Source of the DNA: Pseudogymnoascus verrucosus
Lineage: Eukaryota
Reading direction: 5' to 3' (one strand)
Length of the DNA: 64,000 nt
NCBI GenBank assembly: GCA_001662655.1
Contig: KV460220.1
In this document: one piece after another, positions 1 through 9,989 of the stretch
How the letters are laid out: each line of letters opens with the position of its first letter
How positions within the stretch are numbered: the first letter of the stretch is position 1
Position numbers and translations under genes: made by a program
Notes under the pieces: generated by a model
The model's database searches: none
The model's input: the letters and a program-made list of their open reading frames with translations, nothing else
What the model was told of the DNA's origin: nothing

Positions 1-100
1 AAATGCTGGATTACTTCATTGTCTTGGGTTGTTGCACATAGTATTGCCCTCACGTCCAGCGACTCTTTATCTTTGGTCCTTCCTGAGCTCGCGGCGAACA

Positions 101-1389
101 ATGGCGAGGCTGCTCTTTCCTCTGGGTCTGGTTACAGCACTCCTCATCTTCCTTTTCCGCACCGTCTCGGGCTTGTCCCTTAATGATTTGTTCATAGTCC
201 AGAGCGGGAGCACCGACGGCGGCTGCGATACTCATTTCAACCAGGCGGCGGAAAGTGGCACACTGGATGACTGGCACACAGAAATCACCTTTGCCCTTGA
301 CTTGGTCGTTAACCGACTTGATACATACGACCAAGATATCAAAGTTCGAAGGGCGCTTCAAATCTTCTTCGGCATCCGCAACAATGGAAAGGCTTCGGCG
401 CCTGCGCGGGTTGAAATCGACGAAATCATCGGTACGTATTGACACCCAAGTCTCTTACAAGGCGTTTATTTTAGAAAATGTTAATCGATTATTCGATAAA
501 ATGTTTATCCCGACCCAAAAACGTCGACCGGACTAACGAGGTGGCTAGGCCAATTCCAACGTGCTAAGGACTTCTTCGACTTTCGACAAATTGGTGGCGT
601 ACCAATGTATCCTCTGAACGGGAACCGCTATTTGTTTTGTGACAGCAATTTTCTTATACACCAAGCGGAGGACACGCCGGCCCAGGACTGGAACGCCCAG
701 GACATCATAGACGCCAATGGCAACATCGTCACCATAGGAGACGTGCCCGGGTACGCTGAAGCCCTCGCTGAGAATAAAACCAGTGAAGCCTGGTGGTCCG
801 GCGACCTCACACCGGTGAACGGATACTACTTCTCGCCCACCGGCGGCGACTACTGTGACGGTGCCGGTCTTGGTCTCACCGCCGAGATTACAGAGTTGAA
901 CCAGCCCACCCGACCCACCGGAATAGAGAGCATCATACTTTGCGGTAGCAGCTTCACGAACGGAAAACCAAATAATTACAGGGATGGGGATGCGCTCATC
1001 CAGGCGGGAACCAACCTTGCGGATGTGGTACCAAAGAGCGCAACCCTCCTCCACGAGGCCCTTCACGTCCTCAACGGAGCCGGCCCGACCGGATTTCTTC
1101 AGGGGGATGAGATCTGTAGGTTTCCCATACACAATACCCGTGTATTCTCAGAATTGTGTACTTTGATAATACTGACTCGTCATGGATAGATGATATCGCC
1201 GCGTGTATTAACGCTGCCAAAGCCACAAAAAAGCGAAATCCTGAGAACTACATCTTCTTAGTCACTCACTTGTACTACCTGTATGGAGAACCAGAAGACG
1301 GTAATCCAGGTACTTCTATAAACACGAACTGGGATTTTGCAGTGGTCGGGAATGGTGCAAATAGGATTCTTGGGGCGTTAACGCCGTAA
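101..1389 (+). CDS. Secreted zinc metalloprotease-like protein (HEXXH, M35/aspzincin-like fold), 3 exons, ~365 aa
   Basis: ATG 101 gives a signal peptide (MARLLFPLGLVTALLIFLFRTVSG). Exons 101-431, 549-1115 and 1190-1389 join in frame across introns GTACGT..CTAAC..TAG and GTAGGT..CTGAC..TAG. LLHEALH zinc motif and downstream RNPENY, which resembles the NADNY/NAESY motif of M35-like proteases. Confidence 0.75.
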
Positions 1390-1709
1390 AGGAAGCCGAA
1401 TGTCTATACTAATACTAAAGGAGATGCAGTACTGTTTCTCGTCAAGTTATGTAGATACTTCATAGGCCAGAAACTGTTAAAAACCCTTTATCCTATAATT
1501 CTAAGTTTATGTAAGATATTGGTGCCGGAGCTGCTGTTTTCGGCTGGCGTTGGTTGCTGCTTTACACAGCCTCCACCACACAGCTCGATCGGTCATCATT
1601 CGTAGGCTAATTAACAGACAACCAAGTATATTTAAACTATTTAAGCTATTTAGACCTATTGTAACTAATAGAGGGACGCAGGATCCCATTGTAACACGCT
1701 TATTTCACC

Positions 1710-2744
1710 TTAGTCGCAATAGGCACCGGTGCACTCGCTCCTCTCGGAATTTGGCACGCTACGGAACATCACGCGTGCTGGGTTGGCGCAAATGGTAGAT
1801 GGGACGGTGCAGATGCCTTGGCCGCAGCAACTCTTGACCCAGCAGACTCCACCTCCAGCACAATCGGAATCTGAGGTGCAGGCAGTATTAGAACACCACG
1901 CGTTCTCTACACAGACGGCGCTTCCATCAGCATCAAAAGCGCACATGCATTCTTGAAACTCGCCACACGAGGCATCTGCGACCAAGACAAAGGTGCCGCA
2001 TATACCTGGAGTGCCGCAGCTGGTAGGTGGAGCGGGCGGGCTGCAGTCAAAGAGGGTCAGACGATCGGGGCCACCGCACATGAGGCTGGAGTCGCCGTGG
2101 CAGGGCATCTGGCACTGTTCGTTCAGATCCGGAGCTGGTCCACCGTTGTTGTCAAGGCTGTTGCCGCACCAGCACTCGCCGCCGTACTCGTTACCCGCGT
2201 ATCTGAAGCCAGCTGCTTTGCAGGCCGCCGTGCAGACATCAGGACCTTGGTTGTTTGGACCGCCTACGACCTGGGTGTTGGTGGCCAGGGTGCGATGGGA
2301 GACGCTGTCGGTGTAGCAGCCGAGAGGAGCACAGCCATTGTAGCTCACTGGGGCTGGCAAGGCCGCTGTGCAGTCGTAAATGTTAATGCCGCCAGCTCCG
2401 CCACAGATCTCGCCTGGGGCCCCGGAGCATGGTGTGCTGCATAGAGCCTGGTTCGAGGCAAGGGTCTGTCCATTGTTGATAAACGCGCCGCACCAGCACT
2501 CGCCCCCATTCTCAACACCGGCGAAGGCGAGGTCGTGGGCGATACAAGCTGCCGTGCAAGCCTCGGGGCTCTGACCACTAGGGCCGCCAGGGACTTGGGT
2601 GTTGATGTCGAGGGCGCGGAATGAGGCAGAATCGGTGTAACAGCCCAGTGGTTTGCAGCCGTTGACATTGGTGCGTGACACGACCGGCCCGGCGACAGCG
2701 GCAAGAGGTAGCACGGTGGCCACAAGTGTGAGGGTGAGCTTCAT
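1710..2744 (-). CDS. Secreted WSC-domain protein (2 WSC domains plus C-terminal Cys-rich domain)
   Basis: Single 344-aa ORF with signal peptide. Two repeats of LGCYTD...C...C...AGxExGGECWCG...C...C.G.....CGG (WSC signature). The C-terminal ~100 aa are Cys-rich and include a CC doublet. Confidence 0.9.
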   Translation of the reverse strand: MKLTLTLVATVLPLAAVAGPVVSRTNVNGCKPLGCYTDSASFRALDINTQVPGGPSGQSPEACTAACIAHDLAFAGVENGGECWCGAFINNGQTLASNQALCSTPCSGAPGEICGGAGGINIYDCTAALPAPVSYNGCAPLGCYTDSVSHRTLATNTQVVGGPNNQGPDVCTAACKAAGFRYAGNEYGGECWCGNSLDNNGGPAPDLNEQCQMPCHGDSSLMCGGPDRLTLFDCSPPAPPTSCGTPGICGTFVLVADASCGEFQECMCAFDADGSAVCVENAWCSNTACTSDSDCAGGGVCWVKSCCGQGICTVPSTICANPARVMFRSVPNSERSECTGAYCD

Positions 2745-3964
2745 AGTGAGGAAGAAGACTTGTAAAGAATTAGGTGACAGTTATGGAGACGATTGATGTT
2801 CGAGTTGATCGTTTGTGTCAGCTGGGAGGGGAAGAGATGCCTTTGTCCTTCGCAGAGGGTGGACTTATATACACTGTATACGGGAGATTACTGCTACGAC
2901 GGCTGAAGGGATTCAGCCTGGGACGGGACGCTTTGCACAGACATGCTCATAGCAACAGAGACAAAATCGCGCCCTGTGGTTCAATAGTAAGACTTTTTCA
3001 ACCCAATCTTCAATGGTTCCGTAGTGACGCGGGGAAACCCGACCACCCAACGCGGGACAAAAGAAGCCCTCGGCGTTTAGTAGTGGACTCACCGCCAGCG
3101 TGGGACACTCAAAAAGGGTCATTCTAGGAATCAATATTTCGGGAAACACTGATAGCTTCCGTGGCTGAGGCCATTTAGGGAAGTGGGTGGTCTGTGCTAG
3201 CCAGCCATCAAGCCGAGCATTTTCAATAAACCCATGGTGGCGGTGGACGAGGTCTTTTGTCAGCCTAAGGAGGAACACGTGGATGGTCTAGGTCTCGCTG
3301 CGGGATCGACACGGGAATCAAGGCAGAGGGACAAGAACACTCTTTGACCACGACGTACTGCTCGCATTTGCACTAACGGCTTGATACGAGAATGGCAACC
3401 CACAGAATACTACGTCAGCCGCAATTAATTAAGCCTTCTTCACACGTTAAGCCTTTGCGATAGGTCGCATGAGATGCAGCCAGAGAAGAGGGGGATGTAC
3501 AGGGCTGTACAGGGCTGTCGAGGGGTAGACAGGCCAGAGCGAAGGCGGGGCGGGGCGGGGCGTGGGTTAGCCACTATTGTAATGCGGGATGACTTGGCGT
3601 GGGCGTGGGCCTGGGCTCGAACTCGAACTCGAACTTGAAAATGGGAACATTTCGATCCGACGATTAGTTAGTATCCGTAAACACCACAACATTAAGAACC
3701 AAGTCGGGGCTATAGAAGCCACTTATATTTAATGACATTGTTATCGCTTTCTGTTGCGGTTCATGGTAGGAAGGGACGGAGCCTTGCGTGGGACTTATAA
3801 TGGAAGCCTCAACATGCACAGCCACCATCGTGCCTTGCTTCGTAGCAAATGTCGGATTCTTCGCGCTACAGCTTTAAAAACCCCCAAATTCCGAGTATAA
3901 TGAATAAGTCCTTCAAGAATCTACTTTCCACGAAACTATCACTATTATCATACTATGCGAGACG

Positions 3965-5581
3965 ATGTCCCTCGCATTTCTCCTTTTCTTAGCCACGCCT
4001 GGCGTTGCTGACGACTCTCCCATTGACCCGTACCAGTACTGGGACTACTCACATGGCGCACTAGCGTACAATGCGACCTATGATGCAAATCGCATTCTTT
4101 GTGTATACCCGTTGAGTGGCCAATACTCGCTCCTGAATCGATTACTTTACTACGCCTTGATTGTCTTCGCGGTCGTCGGGCATTCTCACCCATGGCTTGT
4201 CACGGGTCCGCTAGCATACATTATGACGTACTCGAGCACCGCAGCTGTGCATGCTCTGATCATGGCAATTGTGAGCGAAAAGGGTCTCCTCGATATCGAC
4301 GTGTTAGGGACATGGGCCATCATCAGTATAGGATGCCTTGCCGTCCTGCCAATATTTACCACATCGAAGGCTATAAGCGAATCCCAGTACAGCCCAGTAT
4401 TTGGATTCTGGGGCACATTGATGTCGATCGGAGTTATATGCAGCTTAGTTTCCATACACAGGGAATATCCCGATGAGCTGGAGTGTCGGTCGAGCACCAA
4501 TATGCTGTTAACAAGTCAGGCTCAGCTGTTAGACCACACCTTTAATTGCAGTTATACCTGCTTCGGAAGCAGCCAGCCTCTGCGCGCGACATCCGAGATT
4601 GCAATCATTTCCAAGAAGGCGATATTTGGGCATTTTAATATCTTGCAAGGTGCTCTTGCTCTAACAGGAGCTTTTGGCGTCATTTCTGCTTTGTTTGGAT
4701 GCATACCAATGCATAGAAAATCCACAGAAGCCGAACTTAGAGACACAATTCGCCACAACCAGCCTAGGGAGGGTTTTGAAACCGCTAAAGTTGCCAGATC
4801 CAAAAGGAGCGCACGCAAACATGCAAGAGACGAGCTTAATAGAGGCGAGTACAAACCTAGCACCATGACAATGTGTTGGACAATTTTCGCCGTTCCATCC
4901 GTCGCAATTGTGATCATCCTCAACGAAGTGTTTATCCTAGCCCACGATGGCGGGTTTGAATCCAGCGAAAAGCCGTACGTTATTGGACAATGGGGCCCTT
5001 GGGTAAGTGTATTACTCGCAGCAATTGCAGCATGCATGGTCAAATTTTACACACCAAGCTGGAAGGCGCGACAAAAGATCCTTCTTGAAGAACGCGAGGC
5101 ATTTAAGCGTCGAAACGGGATAGAAGATCAAGGACATACCGACGCCAAAAATGAATCTAGCAAGCAGTTGCCAGCAAGAAGCATTGATGACGTCGAAGCT
5201 GGGTTGAAGACGCTGGAAAGTCCTATAATAGCGGCTGCAAAAAACGGATTCATGGCGGCCTTATCGAATAATGTTTCAAATTGCTCAGATAAAGTAGCCA
5301 AGGTCATTGCCCTAGGCACAGCATCAGCAAATGGACACACGGAGGCTATACTTCGAATACTCGACTCCGGTGTCAATGTCAATGAAAAAGACCAGTTTGG
5401 ACTCACAGCATTGATCCGGGCATCTTGGGCCGGACACGAATCAGTTGTAAAATTATTGCTTGAGAGAGGAGCAATAGCTTCGGGTTGGCAGGGCAAAATG
5501 GCAGTGACTCGTGCTTCGCAAAATCACCATTTCAACGTTGTACAGATATTACTTAATCACGGGGCTTCCAAAGGTATCTAA
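3965..5581 (+). CDS. Multi-pass membrane protein with C-terminal ankyrin repeats
   Basis: 538-aa ORF: signal-like N-terminus, CVYPLSGQYSLLNRLLYY motif, several hydrophobic helices and GQWGPW. The C-terminus has ankyrin repeats (ASANGHTEAILRILDSGVNVN, GLTALIRASWAGHESVVKLLLERGA, ASQNHHFNVVQILLNHGA). Confidence 0.8.
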   Translation: MSLAFLLFLATPGVADDSPIDPYQYWDYSHGALAYNATYDANRILCVYPLSGQYSLLNRLLYYALIVFAVVGHSHPWLVTGPLAYIMTYSSTAAVHALIMAIVSEKGLLDIDVLGTWAIISIGCLAVLPIFTTSKAISESQYSPVFGFWGTLMSIGVICSLVSIHREYPDELECRSSTNMLLTSQAQLLDHTFNCSYTCFGSSQPLRATSEIAIISKKAIFGHFNILQGALALTGAFGVISALFGCIPMHRKSTEAELRDTIRHNQPREGFETAKVARSKRSARKHARDELNRGEYKPSTMTMCWTIFAVPSVAIVIILNEVFILAHDGGFESSEKPYVIGQWGPWVSVLLAAIAACMVKFYTPSWKARQKILLEEREAFKRRNGIEDQGHTDAKNESSKQLPARSIDDVEAGLKTLESPIIAAAKNGFMAALSNNVSNCSDKVAKVIALGTASANGHTEAILRILDSGVNVNEKDQFGLTALIRASWAGHESVVKLLLERGAIASGWQGKMAVTRASQNHHFNVVQILLNHGASKGI

Positions 5582-6098
5582 GGAATGTGATATTTTTAAT
5601 CAACCCAGACTGATGATATGACTGTGATATATCATATTAAGAGCCCCCTCCCAGCTCCTCTACCACTATGACAGTTCCCCTTTTGGTATTTTGAGCTTCC
5701 CTCCCGTCATCTATATATATATATGTACCCGCTATCCACCCCATAAAACTGTCACGTGTTGCAACACAACACAACACAACACTCTTCTATATCTATCACT
5801 CCCTATAATGGTATGGCTAAGATCGCATCTTCTCCGGGCGCGTAATACGTACATTATCGTCAGATCTCTACAAGGAACACCCCCATTAATCTACGACTAC
5901 TTTAGCGTCTTTATAATTATATTGAATACAATCATAATTTATAATTTCCAGCTAGTACAAAGATAATATTTTGTTTATAGCGCACTGTTATCTTATTCAC
6001 AATTCCACCACCTAGACTGCCTTTGTACTCATAGTTACTAAATAACCCATTTATTGCTGTTGGCAGCCGTTATTTGAACGATATCTCGAGACACGCGA

Positions 6099-6944
6099 TT
6101 ATGCCGAAAGCTTGCTCTGAACAAACTGGATCGCCTGGGCTCCGTATTCGGCGCCGTAGCCATTGTGAGTGCTATCGTTGCTGCCATTGCAGCAGTATGG
6201 GTCGGCTGCATCGCAGTAGGACTGGATTTTGGATGCACTTGGGCATGAGAAGCCAGAGGGACGGGCGTCAAACTAACGGATATCATTAGCTAGTTCATTA
6301 ACAAGATAGTAGTAGCATGATACTTACTCCACCGGCTGCGCACGTTCCTACATTGTAAGGAAGGCCAGCTACGTATTGTGGGTCACCCATGAAGATAGCA
6401 GCCTTGATCTGAGTAACGGCTGATGCACTGAATAACACCGCAGTATTGGTGTAGCCCTGGTTGGGGTCACCGCCGCCACAGAGCGCAGTGTCGAAAATTT
6501 CACTCCCCTATAACCTGTAAGCAAGGACTCGAAAATATTGACATGGCCGCGTTTCGGGAAGCCATTGTCGGGTGCAGAGTCTAAAGTAGGGCGCTCTACC
6601 TGGGAATATCCAACCAGAACGAGCTTAGTGCTAGGACACTGACTATTGAAGTTGTTGACTGCGGTTGCTACTGCAGCAAAACCAGCCTGGACGGACTGGG
6701 AGTAGCTGGCGCCTCCACACGAAGCCTGGCCTCCACAAGCAGGGTAGTTAATGGCCTCTGAAGTTGCGCCCGCATTGGCGCTTAAAATGCCATTGACGAC
6801 AGTTGCCGAAGAGCCAAATCCTGCCCCAGCTGTTGTCTCACGAGCACCAAAGACATGAATGCCAGGGCAACTGCTCTGACGCTTCATAGGGCTAGCTAGC
6901 ACGCCGCCTACAAGGGCGAGAACAGCTGTTGTCTTAAAAAGCAT
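6099..6944 (-). CDS. Acetylxylan esterase, cutinase/CE5 family (AXE II-like), 3 exons, ~232 aa
   Basis: Signal peptide plus KR, then CPGIHVFGARETT. The spliced catalytic motif is GYSQ|G, followed by AAIFMGDP and SYCDAADPYCCNG..THNGYG. Exons 6944-6600, 6507-6328 and 6272-6099. Confidence 0.92.
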
Positions 6945-7045
6945 CTTGGATTGGAAAATGTGTAGTTGGAAGTTGGATTTGGTGTGAGTAGAATGTATTG
7001 GGAGCTCTTGGTGGCGATATAGATATCAAGAAGATATGATAGAGC

Positions 7046-7053
7046 TTTATATA
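7046..7053 (-). promoter_or_regulatory. TATA box (TATATAAA) upstream of the CE5 esterase
   Basis: TATATAAA on the minus strand about 100 bp upstream of ATG 6944. Confidence 0.55.
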
Positions 7054-7120
7054 CAACTACGGGTAATCAGTTCTCATTATTGCAGTGATGTTAATCGGAT
7101 CAATGGCAGCTTTAACTTTA

Positions 7121-7238
7121 GGCTGAGTATGGGGTAAGATATGTGGCCGATCACTGTTATTCACGCTGATCACTGTAATAGCTGAGTGTGGGGTAAGATA
7201 TGTGGCCGATCACTGTAAAACGCGCCTATCACTGTTAT
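7121..7238. repeat. 59-bp tandem duplication in the esterase promoter
   Basis: gctgagt(a/g)tggggtaagatatgtggccgatcactgt occurs at 7122 and again at 7181, with an internal ATCACTGT repeated four times. Confidence 0.85.
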
Positions 7239-8303
7239 ATACGAAACGATTTTCACCAAGAACAAAACAATGCCGTCAAAAAAAGCCTTAGAAGGAACCA
7301 TGACCAGGGTTAAACTTAGTGGTTCAGTGTGTAGATCAGTGGCTAGTATAGACTATATACTAGATTGTTCAATACTAAGTCTTTGTATGAAACCAGTAGT
7401 CGGTTTCCATTTCTATTCAACTCTGAATTACTTGAAACCTGTCTCAATAAGTACCCGGAGCTTCCCGTACAAGACTAGGGGTTTGCATCATATAAGAAGG
7501 CTTATAATGACTAGGAATTAGAGCGCAGATTCATGCGTCTGCACGTCTACCAGTCAAGATTTCGATCTACAGAACAACCTAAGGGCTTGTAGACGAGACC
7601 CTGTCATGGGGCATGTCACGTGGTTATACAAACTGGATCGGCCGGATATTAGGCTGCACCCCACACTGTAGATCTATATAGTATTCGCCAAGTATCCCTT
7701 TTTATACCGAGAAGGTACCCAAGGAATCGCAGGCGGCCGCGAAGAAATGACGTGGTCTACAGCCCTATATTGAAGCGGGGTATAAGCGAATCCTGATAAT
7801 TTCACAACTGCCGTTATGCTGAGACAATGCCGATCAGGGGGGGAGTTTATTTAGGCGGCTCACTTCTAGTTCCGGACTCAAGGAGGGCCTCCCCTCATTT
7901 TGGCTAAATCGAAGGGTGGGGATAATAGAGGCATTGACTCGCTGCAATCCTTTGTGGAAAAGGCCACGAGTGCAATATGAAACTAAATTGTCTTCGTTCT
8001 CTATAGTGCACAAATCTGCGATAGGGTCCGGCTACTCCCTGCAAAAATTCCTGTCGCTCTCTACTAACTCTCCTTTAAATGCTCCTGAATCACTCGATAG
8101 GTATATGAGTTAAAAAAATTGTATCCGCTGAGTCATTTGTGCCTAAAGGCATTAATTACCCTAAATAAAGATCCCCAATAATAAATAATTGCATTAAACA
8201 CTAGGTATTATTATGCCATCGGTATTATAGATATATTAAACACGAGATCTGTACTAAATCAACATTTATCACCCAGTTATTCATCGCGGCGGTGAGGTAA
8301 GTT

Positions 8304-9318
8304 CTATCCCTCCATATTCCGGTCATTCCCCGAGTCCTCCTCGTACTCGCCCTCTTCCTCTTCCTTTTCGGGTAGCAACTGTATGTCCCAGCGCTCCTTC
8401 GCCCAGGCAATAACCGGGGGCATCACCTTTGCAAACATCTGGGCCCATGATTCCCTTGTCAGCGGGTTGTTAGCAGTGGCTTCTTCACGCTCAGGAGTGG
8501 CGCCGCTATAACCATTCCACTGACGAAACTCGCACAAAACCATCCGACCGCCCTCATTTCCCGCTGTCGCCACCTGCTCCCCAAGCTGCCAAGGGTCGCT
8601 GTCCACCAAGGCGTCTTTATTGTCTACTATGGCCCATTGCTTCCAAAAATGAGTCTGCATAGGTGTGGAACTGATATCCTCGCAACCTTTTGGCCAGAAC
8701 TCGTCGAATGCCTTGCGCACAGCGCTAAACGTAGCTCTCCGCGACGACTGGGGGATGCTGTCACTCGTGTATCGTATCACGAGAGCGGTGAATGTTACGC
8801 GGCGCTGCATATTCGTCTCAAAACCAATGCCGCTAACCCACTGGAAACTGAGGAACCGCGACGGTGCCGGTGACAAGGAACCGTCGTTGGCGTCGCCCAG
8901 AGACACATCCTGGAGCAATGCACCGGACTCGAGAGAGGATTGCTCGCCGTTCTCGGGCAGGTATTGCAGAAATTCATCACAGGCTGGAGACTCCTGGAAT
9001 TTCTCTAAGGCGTCCTTCGTTCTCCAGACTAATTTTATCATGGGTCAACAATGTATTAAGCTCCAATCCCCTGAATGGCCCAGCGACATGACTCAGCCCG
9101 GAAAACTCACGAATGATCAAGGCAGCCTGCTCAGAATCCTCGACCTTTCTCCCCAGCCAGACATTGCTGATGCCTGGAACACCTGTAAGGGGACCGCGAT
9201 GCGGACCCGAGCGGGATGGCGACCATGTTGGCCAATCTTGCCCACGTGGCAGGTGGAATCGAGTCCAAGTTGTACGCCTTTCGCCCGTCCCGGGGGTAGA
9301 TTGTTTAGTGCGAGCCAT
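8304..9318 (-). CDS. Hypothetical protein with ABM/dimeric alpha-beta-barrel-like domain, H3-like N-terminus and acidic tail, 2 exons, ~310 aa
   Basis: Exon 1 9318-9111 (MARTKQSTPG...LGRKVEDSEQAALII), intron GTGAGT...TTGAC...TAG at 9110-9029, exon 2 9028-8304 in frame (LWRTKDALEKFQESPAC). The GRxVED....LII.W......F..SP pattern is ABM-like. Confidence 0.7.
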
Positions 9319-9593
9319 GATATAGATACACTATATTGGGACGACGTTGCTATGGTGGAAGCGCAAGGCGATGGTCAAGGTGTTTATGATGATATGTAGT
9401 CGAGAGAAAACAGTGAGGCTGTTAGGTATTAATGGCTGAATAGCCTGAGGTATCGAAATGTGTGCATAAAATGAATGATGTAGAGTAGAAGATAGATGCA
9501 CGAAGGAGAGGGTTTTCAGGCATAATATAGATCCGTGAAACGTGGGGTCGTCAGCATGACTGGGAATATTCATGCTTATATAAGATGTGAACA

Positions 9594-9848
9594 TGCTCCA
9601 GCTGAATCACCAACTGAGTTGTTGGCCAGCTAGCGGGCAGTTAATGAACGGGCCGGCCCAGCCACTAATGTTTTAGTTGGTGGTCCGGCTGGTCTAACAA
9701 CTAACTAAGATAGCTTTATACTACGATTTGTATGTAAATTACTTATTTGTAAAGTACCTACTATTCGTCGTACTCATTGCTGCTTAAATTAGCGGTTGGA
9801 CCAGACAATCGATGACTGACCGACTAGTTGGCGGTTTGGGCTGGAGCA
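9594..9848. mobile_element. Possible degenerate MITE-like element with imperfect terminal inverted repeats
   Basis: TGCTCCAGC..CCAACT at 9594 and its reverse complement AGTTGG..GCTGGAGCA ending at 9848. There is also an internal inverted pair (ctggtctaac ~9689 versus gttggaccag ~9795). No clear TSD. Confidence 0.35.
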
Positions 9849-9989
9849 ACTGTTTAATATTCTTTGATCATGACATATTTTTCTCCGTGAAAACTTTTTA
9901 GACGGCACAAGTAATATATATATAGATATACATTACATTCTCCTACTCAAATCTTCGCCTTCAAGGGACGTAGGTAGAAAGAGGTAAAT

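Noticed and set aside
5813..5825. TGGCTAAGATC resembling the U2 snRNA 5' region
   Set aside because: Lacks the following AAGTGTAGTA branch-pairing sequence.
5623..6001. Solo LTR candidate (TGTGA...TCACA)
   Set aside because: No matching target-site duplication and no second copy in the window.
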